This document shows positions 7,191 to 15,670 of a stretch of DNA of 18,839 nt, piece by piece. The position numbers were made by a program, and so were the translations under genes. Under the pieces are notes generated by a model, which saw only the letters and a program-made list of their open reading frames with translations, did not search any database and was not told the origin of the DNA. Numbering within the stretch: the first letter of the stretch is position 1; each line of letters starts with the position of its first letter. Source of the stretch: an uncultured delta proteobacterium (GTDB lineage Bacteria > Desulfobacterota > Binatia > UBA9968); assembly GCA_963816145.1 (NCBI GenBank), contig CAWFJP010000007.1, positions 1 to 18,839 of the forward strand, given 5' to 3'.

Positions 7191-8387
7191 TCAATCTTTT
7201 TTCCCCAGCAACCGATAGAACAGCGCCGTCGTTATGATCAACGAGGTTCCGGCGGTCAGCGCAATCCCTAGCGAAGCGCCGAAAAGCGTGGCGGCGGCGC
7301 CGAGCACGATGGAGCCGATGGAGCGCATGCCCTGGTCGAGGTTGAACACGCTCATCACCCGGCCCATGAGATTGCGCGGTGCTTCGACCTGGATAATGAC
7401 GCGGCTGATGGTGCGGAAACTCACTTGGCCGGCGCCGACCAGGGTCAACAAGACCACTGAGAGCCAGAAGATCGGCGACATACAAAAGAGCATGAGAAAA
7501 ATCGGCGTCGTTGTCGTCATGATCCACAATATCATCGCCCGGTTCCACCGTTCACCGACGGAGGCGATAAAGCTCAGCGAAGCGATACCGCCCAACCCCG
7601 GCGCCGCCATCAGTATGCCCAAACCCCTGGGGCCGACGTCGAGCACCTGCTTTGCGAACACCGGCAAAAAGCTTTGATAGGTGACGATGAATATCGCGAA
7701 GGTGTAGGCTGCGATGACGCTGCTCAAAATTAGCGGCGTATGCCAAACATAGTGAAAGCCTTCTTTGAACTCGGCCAGAAAATTGTGTTCCCGGTCGACC
7801 GATTCCTCCTTGCGGTTGTGGATAAACAACATGCCCGTGGCCGATACTAGAAGGGTCGCCAGATAGGCGGCGTAGCAGCCGCCGACGCCGATCCAAAGTA
7901 TCAACACGCCGCCAAGGGATGGGCCGGCGATGCGCGCGATATTGAATCCGACCGTGTAGAGCGCGACGGCGTTCATGACATCTTCGCGCGGCACCAATTC
8001 CGCCAGTATGGATTGCGCCGCCGAGGGATTTATCGCGCGGATCGAGCCGAAGAGAATTTCCAGCACGAGCAGGTGCCAGAACGCGAGGGTGCCGAACGTA
8101 TAAATGGCTAGGAAAATCGTGATAGGAATTGCGCAGCCAAATTGCACCATGATCAGCAATAGTTTGCGATCGTAGCGGTCCACCAACACGCCGCTGAACG
8201 CGCCCAGGATCAAGCGCGGTGTCGCGCTGCACAGTCCCAAGACTCCCAATGCCATCGCCGAGCCGGTGATTTCGTAGGCGATCCAGTATAGTGCGACTTC
8301 TTCGACGAATTGGCCCACCGAGCCGAGCAGATCGGTTGACCAAAAGAGCGCGTAGTTGCGGTGGCGTAGTGAGTGAAATATGCGAAT
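7191..8387 (-). CDS. MFS transporter, probably 398 aa with an ATT start
   Basis: Motif A-like GVLVDRYDRK and many TM helices. The frame is open upstream of the track's GTG (8318) and reads IRIFHSLRHRNYALFWSTDLLGSVG, a typical MFS N-terminus. SD AAGGAG at 8397-8402 lies 9 nt before ATT (8385-8387). The family call is secure; the start is less so. Confidence 0.88.
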   Translation of the reverse strand: MRIFHSLRHRNYALFWSTDLLGSVGQFVEEVALYWIAYEITGSAMALGVLGLCSATPRLILGAFSGVLVDRYDRKLLLIMVQFGCAIPITIFLAIYTFGTLAFWHLLVLEILFGSIRAINPSAAQSILAELVPREDVMNAVALYTVGFNIARIAGPSLGGVLILWIGVGGCYAAYLATLLVSATGMLFIHNRKEESVDREHNFLAEFKEGFHYVWHTPLILSSVIAAYTFAIFIVTYQSFLPVFAKQVLDVGPRGLGILMAAPGLGGIASLSFIASVGERWNRAMILWIMTTTTPIFLMLFCMSPIFWLSVVLLTLVGAGQVSFRTISRVIIQVEAPRNLMGRVMSVFNLDQGMRSIGSIVLGAAATLFGASLGIALTAGTSLIITTALFYRLLGKKD

Positions 8388-8418
8388 GGTGTTGGGCTCC
8401 TTGCTGAAATTTACTTCT

Positions 8419-8445
8419 CACCACGAAGACACGAAGTTCACGAAG
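8419..8445. repeat. CAC-(CACGAAG)x3 short periodic repeat (single arm)
   Basis: CACCACGAAG-A-CACGAAG-TT-CACGAAG; same architecture as the arms at 10855-10962. Confidence 0.7.
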
Positions 8446-8617
8446 GGAAGAAATTTAACTGCAACGAATTGATTCGCGTAACCGAGCGGAACAAGCGTTT
8501 GCGCTTCATGGAATGGTTATCGTTATATCCTTTCCATCGAAAATTGGAAAGTAACGCGGCGCTTGGACGATGGCAGAGTTCAACTCGTCACCTTCAATCC
8601 AAAATCACGTCCAGTGG

Positions 8618-8668
8618 TTGACACCAGTAACGATTCGGATTACCTCGAATGAATACATTCTGAAGGAG
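8618..8668 (+). promoter_or_regulatory. Possible promoter and RBS of the TAXI-like gene
   Basis: TTGACA at 8618-8623, weak -10 TACCTC at 17-nt spacing, SD AAGGAG at 8663-8668. Confidence 0.35.
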
Positions 8669-8678
8669 AATTACGATA

Positions 8679-9668
8679 GTGGCTTACGATGATCGCAGTG
8701 TGAAACCGATGAGCGCGAGTTTGATGCGCGCGCGCGTGGCGACCAAGCTTTTGGCGGGACTTTACGAAGATGTGCCGACGATGTTGACCAGCGCGATCCG
8801 ATTGATGGTCGAGCTTCCCGGCGGCAAAGGCCACGACGGGCCGCCCTATCCGTTCACCATCGGCGTCAGTCCGGCGTGGTGCAGCGGCCTCAACGGCGCC
8901 AAGCTGGTCGCCAACGGCAAGTTGGATCTGGTCTGGTTGAACCCTTCGATCATTCCCTCGATGGCGGTGCGCGGTGTCGGACCGTTTCGCAAAGCGCAGC
9001 CGCTGCGCGCGCTGGCGGTATTTCCTTCCTGGGATCGCTTGGTAATCGCCGTGTCGCCGCGACTCGGCGTGAACTCGATGGAGGAATTGATCGCCAAGAA
9101 ACCGAAAATGAACGTGTCGATCGCCGTCAACGACTGCGTCGATTTTGCCATTAAATATTTGCTCAAGTGCCATGGTATTACGCAAAAAGATTTCGTCGAT
9201 TGGGGCGGCGTTGTCGACGAGGTGGTGCGGCCGAGCAATCCGCACCGGCGCGAAGGGATCATCTCCGGCGAACTCGACATGGTCATCGACGAAGGCATGG
9301 ACTCCTGGGGCGACGTGGCGGTCGAGCATGGCATGAAGTTTTTATCCTACTCGGAGGCGGTACTGCAGAGGCTCGAAAAGTTCGGCTTTCAGCGCGCCCG
9401 TTTGGACCACGGCCGCATCGACGGCATCAACGACCCGACCACCGTGGTCGACTTCAGCGGCTGGCCCATCGTTGTCCATGAGAAATTCCCCGCCGATTTG
9501 GCCTACCACATCGCCGGCGTCTTGGAAAAAATCCGCGAAGAGATTCCCTACGACGCAACGGAAACGCCGTCGATGAAACAGCTTTGCTCCAATACCGACG
9601 CCGGACCGCTGGATTTCCCGCTGCATCCGGGGGCGGAGAAGTATTATCGTGAGAAGGGGTATCTGTAA
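8679..9668 (+). CDS. TAXI-family (TRAP) solute-binding-fold protein without signal peptide
   Basis: LRALAVFP, GVNSMEEL, GELDMVI and C-terminal PLHPGAEKYYREKGYL characteristic of TAXI receptors. GTG start with SD; no hydrophobic signal peptide. Confidence 0.82.
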   Translation: MAYDDRSVKPMSASLMRARVATKLLAGLYEDVPTMLTSAIRLMVELPGGKGHDGPPYPFTIGVSPAWCSGLNGAKLVANGKLDLVWLNPSIIPSMAVRGVGPFRKAQPLRALAVFPSWDRLVIAVSPRLGVNSMEELIAKKPKMNVSIAVNDCVDFAIKYLLKCHGITQKDFVDWGGVVDEVVRPSNPHRREGIISGELDMVIDEGMDSWGDVAVEHGMKFLSYSEAVLQRLEKFGFQRARLDHGRIDGINDPTTVVDFSGWPIVVHEKFPADLAYHIAGVLEKIREEIPYDATETPSMKQLCSNTDAGPLDFPLHPGAEKYYREKGYL

Positions 9669-9676
9669 ACGACGCG

Positions 9677-9748
9677 ATCGTGATTCGTGCTCGTATTCGT
9701 GGCGGAGTTTCTCGGATCCGACGATCACCGGTGACGAACACGATCACG
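9677..9748. repeat. Imperfect inverted repeat built of (N)TCGTG / CACGA(N) hexamers between convergent genes
   Basis: Left arm ATCGTG ATTCGTG CTCGTA TTCGTG (9677-9701); right arm GACGAA CACGAT CACG (9733-9748). Confidence 0.6.
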
Positions 9749-9771
9749 GCATCTTTTAACGCCGCCTATGC

Positions 9772-10791
9772 CTATTTGGCGATGCCGTAGGATTTCAGCG
9801 TCTGGTCGATGTAGCCGCTATCGTCGAGTTTTTTCACCAGACGGGAGTCGATGAGGCTTTCCAAGTTGACGTTTGCCACCTGAGGGTTTTGGGTTTTCAT
9901 GAACCGTTGCATGTTGCGCATGCCCTCCATGGAGGGATAGGGCTTCAAATCGGTGCTTTTGACCATGCCATCGTAGCCTTCTTCGGCGTCGGCCGAGTCG
10001 CTGAGCTTGAGACGTTTCATGATCGTCCGCACCACCAGCGGCTTATTTTCCGGCGCAAGGGAAAACGCCGCTCCCTCGATCAGCGCTTTCAAGAGATTCT
10101 CTAAGATTTGCGGTTGGGACTGCAAAAACGAATTGAGCACCACGACGGTCGAACTGACGGTGCGGGTGTTGGTTTTGTTGAGCTCAACAAGAACCGGAAA
10201 GCCCTTTTTCTTGAGCTTCTGGCTGAATGCGGTGTCGAGGGGTGCGACGTCGATGACGCCGGTCTCCAAGGCTTGGGCGAGCACGGTTTGGTCGCCGATG
10301 GTGAGAACTTTGATGTCGTCTCGCGCCGGATCGAGCTTGAGCTGTTCGAGCGCGAGCATGGCGGTGATCCATAGACTGCCGCCGACCACCTGAACGCCCA
10401 ATCGTTTGCCGCGCAGATCCTTGGGCGAGTTGATGCCGGGCCGGGCGACCAGATCGTGGGTAAGTTTGCTGGTAAATGCGGCGATGATCTTGAGATCGGG
10501 TCCTTTCTCGCCGACTCCGAGAACCGAGATGCCGCCGGCTTGGCTGATGTCGATGCTTTTCGAATAAAGCGCGCTGATCGAGAGTGAGCTGTTGCGGATG
10601 AATATGACTTCCGCCTTGATGCCGTATTTGGCGAAGAAGCCCTGCTCGTCGGTGACCCAGAGGGGCGCAACCCGCGGATTGTTAGCGGCGTGGGCGATGA
10701 TCAGTTTCGTCGGCGCCGACGCACAATCGGCTTGGAACGCTATCACTGATTGAATCAGCAACCCCAGCACGCCGATGAATAGATTGATCAT
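9772..10791 (-). CDS. ABC transporter substrate-binding protein, NMT1/THI5/SsuA-like
   Basis: Signal peptide; APLWVTDEQGFFAKYGIKAEVIF, INSPKDLRGKRLGV, ALETGVID; C-terminal LIDSRLVKKLDDSGYI. Confidence 0.88.
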   Translation of the reverse strand: MINLFIGVLGLLIQSVIAFQADCASAPTKLIIAHAANNPRVAPLWVTDEQGFFAKYGIKAEVIFIRNSSLSISALYSKSIDISQAGGISVLGVGEKGPDLKIIAAFTSKLTHDLVARPGINSPKDLRGKRLGVQVVGGSLWITAMLALEQLKLDPARDDIKVLTIGDQTVLAQALETGVIDVAPLDTAFSQKLKKKGFPVLVELNKTNTRTVSSTVVVLNSFLQSQPQILENLLKALIEGAAFSLAPENKPLVVRTIMKRLKLSDSADAEEGYDGMVKSTDLKPYPSMEGMRNMQRFMKTQNPQVANVNLESLIDSRLVKKLDDSGYIDQTLKSYGIAK

Positions 10792-10854
10792 GGCGATAGC
10801 CTCCCTGAATGCTCATTGCGGGCTCACGGTGGATTGTTTTCAGATTCGGATTTG

Positions 10855-10962
10855 CACCGCAGAGGGCACGGGGGACACAGAGGCGAAGTCAGAGAGAAAA
10901 ACGATTTCTTGAAATTTTAATCTCCCTGGTTTTTCTCTGTGATCTCTGTGTGCTCTGTGGTG
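10855..10962. repeat. 108-bp intergenic palindromic element with 9-nt periodic arms
   Basis: Left CACCGCAGAG-GG-CACGGGG-GA-CACAGAG (10855-10882). Right CTCTGTG-AT-CTCTGTG-TG-CTCTGTGGTG (10935-10962). AT-rich spacer. Confidence 0.8.
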
Positions 10963-10995
10963 AGTTTTTCCGGAATTCACTGGCGAATATCCGCA

Positions 10996-12051
10996 CTAGA
11001 GCTTCTGCGCCATGCCGAACAAGCGCATGGCGTTGCCACCTAGGATTTTCTCTTTGTCGCCGTCCGAAACTCCTTCCATTTCTTTGATCATCTGCACGGT
11101 GCCCTGTTTCGAGTTCCAGGTCGCCGAGGGATCGCCGTGCGGATAATCGCTGCCGACAGTAAGATTGTGGTCTTTCCAGAAATCGCAGGCGTACTTCAAA
11201 GATTCTTCGGCGGCGAAAGCCGACACCCAGATCTGGCTGAAAAATTCGCGCGGTCGCTTGCCCAATTTCTTCTTTGCTGCCGGGTCCATGTCGAGGCGGT
11301 CCATCAACCAGGGCACGAAGGCCGCCGACCCTTCGACAAAGCAGATGCGCAGCTTGGGAAACTCCTTCAGCGCGCCGCGCAGAATCAAACTGCCCATGTC
11401 GACGATGTAGCGGAACGGAAAACCGAGCAGGAAGGGCAGGGCATTGTTGTCGACTTCCAGATAGAGCTGCTCGATGCCGACCAGCGCGGGATTGGGATGG
11501 CCGTCGCGGTCCGACGCGGTGTCGTGCACGAGAATCGGCACGTCGAGATCGCAGCACTTTTGGTAAAACGGCCAAAGTTTTTCCGCGCCGAGATTGGCGT
11601 CGGCAAAGCCGCCCATGAACTTCACCGCTTTGAGGCCGAGAGTCTTTACCGCGCGCTCCAGTTCCCGGCAAGATGCTTCGACATCGGGAAGAAAGACCCA
11701 CGCGACACCGAGATACTTTTCCGGATGGGCGCACTCTTTGAGGTCTTGCGCCACCGTGTCGTTATAGGCGCGCGCCAGCTCGCAGCCCAAGTCGCGATCC
11801 CAGGTGTAAAGCAGCTCGCGATTTTCCGGGATGAGCACATGGATATCGAAACCTTCCCAGTCCACATGCTGGTCGCGGGTATCGAGATGCCAGCGTCCTT
11901 TGGGCGCTTGATTCTTGATCAAGGTGCCGTCCGGCAATACCGAGCGCACGTCGTCGCCATTGCGGACGACCCTGGGCGAGTGCGGATACTTGGCGCTAAC
12001 GCCCTCCAGGAATTTGACTGGGAAATAATGAGAGTCGCAATCGATGTACAT
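10996..12051 (-). CDS. Amidohydrolase superfamily protein (amidohydro_2-like)
   Basis: IDCDSH metal motif, ARAYND, ELERAV, PILVH, FPKLRICFVEG, GSDYPHGD, KILGGNA. Start placed at ATG 12051 (MYIDCDSH), with a purine-rich AAAGGGG upstream. Confidence 0.9.
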   Translation of the reverse strand: MYIDCDSHYFPVKFLEGVSAKYPHSPRVVRNGDDVRSVLPDGTLIKNQAPKGRWHLDTRDQHVDWEGFDIHVLIPENRELLYTWDRDLGCELARAYNDTVAQDLKECAHPEKYLGVAWVFLPDVEASCRELERAVKTLGLKAVKFMGGFADANLGAEKLWPFYQKCCDLDVPILVHDTASDRDGHPNPALVGIEQLYLEVDNNALPFLLGFPFRYIVDMGSLILRGALKEFPKLRICFVEGSAAFVPWLMDRLDMDPAAKKKLGKRPREFFSQIWVSAFAAEESLKYACDFWKDHNLTVGSDYPHGDPSATWNSKQGTVQMIKEMEGVSDGDKEKILGGNAMRLFGMAQKL

Positions 12052-12138
12052 GATCCAGCCCCTTTCGGCGCAATTCTTCAAATAATGGCATTGCCGATAT
12101 AGCGATCAAATTTAGCCCGCGCCTAGCTTCCAGACCGG

Positions 12139-12168
12139 AGCATATGACCGATCAAGTTTGGGCGTCAA
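12139..12168 (-). promoter_or_regulatory. Putative sigma70 promoter of the amidohydrolase gene
   Basis: TTGACG (12163-12168), 18-nt spacer, TATGCT (12139-12144). Confidence 0.5.
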
Positions 12169-12198
12169 GGAGAAAAAGCTGCGGTGATATCGCGCCGA

Positions 12199-13176
12199 TT
12201 ATTTTCCGCTGTTGAGCTGGCGCACGAAGCGGTCGTCGAAGAATTGCGCTGGTATGGCTTTTTTGGTTTCCGGCATGGTTTCCGACAGGAAATCCAGGAT
12301 GCCCTGAATGCCCGGCTCGGAAATCATCAGCTCGCGCTTGAAGCCTGCCTTGCGATAGAATTCGTAGGTGCGATCGATGATGTCGGGATCTTTTTCTTTG
12401 GTGTATTTGGCGATGACTTTCATAGTGAAGGGTTTGTCGCTGTAGTAGCGGTCGATGCCGGCGCGCACGGCTCGTAACAACGGCACCACCCGGGGAGCCA
12501 ATTCATCCATACGGGCGCGCCTCATGACGACGCCGACGTTTTGATAGGGCTGATCCAATGTGGTGGACATCGAATGAAATCCGGCCCGGTCGAGCTGGAA
12601 ACTCGCGGGCGGCGCCGCCGCCCCGGCGACGATCTGGCCGGTCATTAGCGCCGCGGTGATCTGCTCACTGCCGCCCAATATTCGCAACTGAACATCTTTA
12701 GCCGTGAGTCCCAATTTGCGCAGCGCCACTAATGTGCCGTAAGCCACCGGACTGCCCGGCCGCTCCGTGCCGACGATTTTCCCTTTGAGTTGCTCCGCGC
12801 TCTTGATCTCGGCCCTGGCGTATAAATCCCAGATCATCGTATTGAGCATTCCCGCGGCAAAAACCACGTCGAATCCCCGCAGCGACGCGTTGATCAGCGG
12901 CACCGCCGAGATCTGGATCACATCGACTTCGTTGGCGAGCAGCGCCGGCAGGGCGAGAGTCGACGACATGGAAATCATTTCGACGTCCAACCCTTCTTTG
13001 GCGAAGCCGCCGGTTTCCTTCGCCATCCACATGGAAGCCATGGTCCCCGAAGTGAATAAGAAGGCGATGCGCAGCGGTCGCGCGGCGGCGGCGCTGGCAC
13101 GCGTGGGTGCAATAAGCAGTACCGCTAGGAGAATCGTCGCAATAGCAGCAGACCAAATTCTACGCAGGCTTGTCAT
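12199..13176 (-). CDS. ABC transporter substrate-binding protein, NMT1/THI5/SsuA-like
   Basis: Signal peptide begins at MTSLRRIW (ATG 13176, preferred to the track's 13260). WMAKETGGFAKEGLDVEM, IKSAEQLKGKIVG, FFDDRFVRQL. Confidence 0.87.
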   Translation of the reverse strand: MTSLRRIWSAAIATILLAVLLIAPTRASAAAARPLRIAFLFTSGTMASMWMAKETGGFAKEGLDVEMISMSSTLALPALLANEVDVIQISAVPLINASLRGFDVVFAAGMLNTMIWDLYARAEIKSAEQLKGKIVGTERPGSPVAYGTLVALRKLGLTAKDVQLRILGGSEQITAALMTGQIVAGAAAPPASFQLDRAGFHSMSTTLDQPYQNVGVVMRRARMDELAPRVVPLLRAVRAGIDRYYSDKPFTMKVIAKYTKEKDPDIIDRTYEFYRKAGFKRELMISEPGIQGILDFLSETMPETKKAIPAQFFDDRFVRQLNSGK

Positions 13177-13260
13177 CTTTATCTCGTCACTGCGAATCAA
13201 GAGCGCGCCGATATCCAAGGTCGTTGATTCTTCATTTGTGACTCTGACCTCGATTAACAC

Positions 13261-15539
13261 TTACGCCTTTTTCTGTAGCGCCGCCAGCACCCGCGCCGGT
13301 GTGAACGGCGCTTCGCGGAGGCGAACGCCGACGGCGTCGAAGATTGCGTTGGCGATGGCTGCAGCGATGGGCGCGCTGGATGGCTCGCCGCCGCCGAGGG
13401 CCGGCATCTCCGGGCGATTGATCAAGACTATCTCGAATCTCGGGCACATCGGGAAAGCGGATCACTGGGTAACTTGACCCAGTCCAGCGTGGTGACGCCG
13501 GAGGCGTCGAACTTGACCTCTTCCATGAGCGAGCGGCTGACGCCCTGGATGATGTTGCCCTCGATTTGGTTCTTCAGACCGTCGGGGTTGATGATTAGAC
13601 CGCAGTCGTGGGAAAGAATGAAGCGATTGACCGCCACCTTGCCTGTGGTCTTATCGACTTCCACCTCAGCGACGGCACCGCAAATCGCGTTGGCGCGGTT
13701 TGAGATCGACACACCGCGGCCAATGGCTTTGTTGCCAGTGGAGGCCGGCGCGGGCGACGGGTGCTCTTGCCAGCGCGCTTGTTTCGCCACCGCCATCAAA
13801 GCGTCGATGCCACGTTTGTTGTCGGCGAGATAACGCAGGCGGAATTGCACGGGGTCGACCTTTTGGTCGGCGGCAATCTCATCGATGAAGCTTTCGCTAC
13901 CGAAGCAACGCGCGATGTCGCCCGGTGCGCGCAAGTAGCCGGTGCGCAGGGGCGTTTCTTCGGCCGGCAATATCCACGGCACCAACGGGGCGCTGCCTTT
14001 CTGATTCTCGAAGGTATACATGTCACCGACACCTTGACTGCCGTTGGAGTTGCCCGTGCCGGTAGCCTTCATACCGATCTGGCGCGAAGCGAGCAGGCGC
14101 AAGCCACGGCCGGAAGCGGCAGTGAGCGGAAAGCCACGGTCGGCATAATCCCAAGCGATGACTTTGCCTTGGGCATCGACGCCAGCCCGTGCCAGGCCTA
14201 GTTGTGCTGGGCCCTTGGGATCCCAAGCATGTTCGTCGTCGCGCATCCATTGCACACGCACTGGTTTGCCCACCGCACGCGATAGCAGCGCGGCGTCTTC
14301 GGCCGCATCGTCCGCACCCAAGCGACCGTAGCTGCCCGAAGCCTCGCGCCATAGCACGCGGACGTTATTTTCGGGGAGGCCGAGTAATTGCGCCACCGCT
14401 TCGCGGGTCTCGAAGGAACCTTGGGTGCCGGTGTAGAGGGTTACTTTATCGCCGTTGACGTCAGCCACAGCGCAGGATGGGCCCATCATGCCGTGCAATT
14501 GAAACGGCCAACGGTAGGTGGCCTCGTAGGTTTTGCTTGCCTGCTTGAGTGCTTGCTCAGGATTGCCGCGATTGACTCGGACCTGTTCGTTTAGCGCTTT
14601 AGTGTTTTTGATATAGCCGAAGAGTTCGTCGTAGTTGGCCGGCATCTTGGTGGCGGGCTGCGACCAGGTGACTTTAAGTGCTTTCGCCGCTTTCACTGCG
14701 GCCCATTCGGTGGCACAGACGACGCCGACAAAACTTCCATCTTGCACGACTTGCACCAAACCTGGGATGTTCTTCACCGTGCTTTCATCGATGCTCGCGG
14801 GCTTCGAGGTTATCGTTGGCGGGCGGACGACCCGGCCGTGCAACATGCCCGGCACGCGCACGTCATGGGCGTAGACGAATTCACCGGTGAGCTTGGGCGG
14901 CAGGTCGAGCCGTTTTTGCGAAGTGCCGACAATTTTATAGTCCTTGACGTTTTTCGCGCGCACCTCCGGGGCGACCTTCATGTTCCAGCCGGTGCCTTCG
15001 GCGGTGATTTTTACGTTGAACTGTTTGCCGCCGATCAGTTGAGCGTAGGTCACGCTTTTCTTCGGATCGCCGGTGACGCTGACCACGCCGTCTTTTACCA
15101 GCAGTTTTTCCGCGGGCGTATTAAGTCGCGCGGCTGCGAGCTTCAATAGCTGCTGGCGTGCAGCCGCGGCGGCCTGGCGCAGTTGCGGGCCGCCTCTTTC
15201 GATGGTTCGGCTGCCCGCCGTGATCCCCTGGTCGATCGCTTTCGCCGTGTCCAATTCGATCATATGGATGCGGTTGAAGGGCACGTCCAATTCTTCGGCG
15301 ACGATTTGCGCCAGGGCGGTTTCCACGCCGGTGCCGAGATCGACTTTGCCGGAATAGACGGTAACCGTGCCGTCGGCGGCGATGCTCAGCCAGGAGTCAA
15401 GTTGCGTCGGGTCGGCGTCGAATCTTGGTTCGACATTCGATTGCGCCAAGAGCGACGGCGCGGGAAACAAGTTGAAGCTGACTACCAGCGCGCCCGAGGA
15501 TTTGAGAAATTGCCGGCGACTAATGGTTGGAGTTTTCAT
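13261..15539 (-). CDS. Xanthine-oxidase-family Mo-hydroxylase large subunit (IorB/NicB-like) with Tat signal; two +1 frameshifts near the 3' end
   Basis: MKTPTISRRQFLK (ATG 15539, SD GGTGAGG), KVDLGTG, GSYGR, LRAPG, HDCGLIINP...QIEG. The C-terminus is spread over three frames (TLDWV / SYPVIRFPDVPEI / EIVLINRPEMPALGGGEP...ALQKKA*). Repaired length 758 aa. Confidence 0.9.
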
Positions 15540-15584
15540 TGTGATGTCCTCACCTTCGAATGCGTAGAAATGTCTTTCGGAGCC

Positions 15585-15661
15585 CTTCGACAAAGCTCAG
15601 GGCGAACGGAAACTGTTAGTGGCGATTCACTCCATATCCGTTCATGCTGAGCTCATCGAAG
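15585..15661. repeat. REP-like intergenic palindrome
   Basis: CTTCGA-CAA-AGCTCAG-GGC-GAACGGA (15585-15610) pairs with TCCGTTC-ATG-CTGAGCT-CA-TCGAAG (15637-15661). Confidence 0.8.
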
Positions 15662-15670
15662 CATTCTTTG

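Noticed and set aside
7134-10962. CRISPR array interpretation of the periodic repeats
   Set aside because: Units are 6-9 nt with no 25-40 nt unique spacers, and there are no cas genes.
13430-13480. Programmed ribosomal frameshifting in the Mo subunit or RluA
   Set aside because: There is no slippery heptamer or stimulatory structure, and two consecutive shifts would be needed. The pattern fits homopolymer errors.
15540-15593. Track's extended N-terminus (TTG 15593) for the second Mo subunit
   Set aside because: It starts inside the palindromic repeat. ATG 15539 has an SD and puts the Tat motif at the same position as in the paralog.
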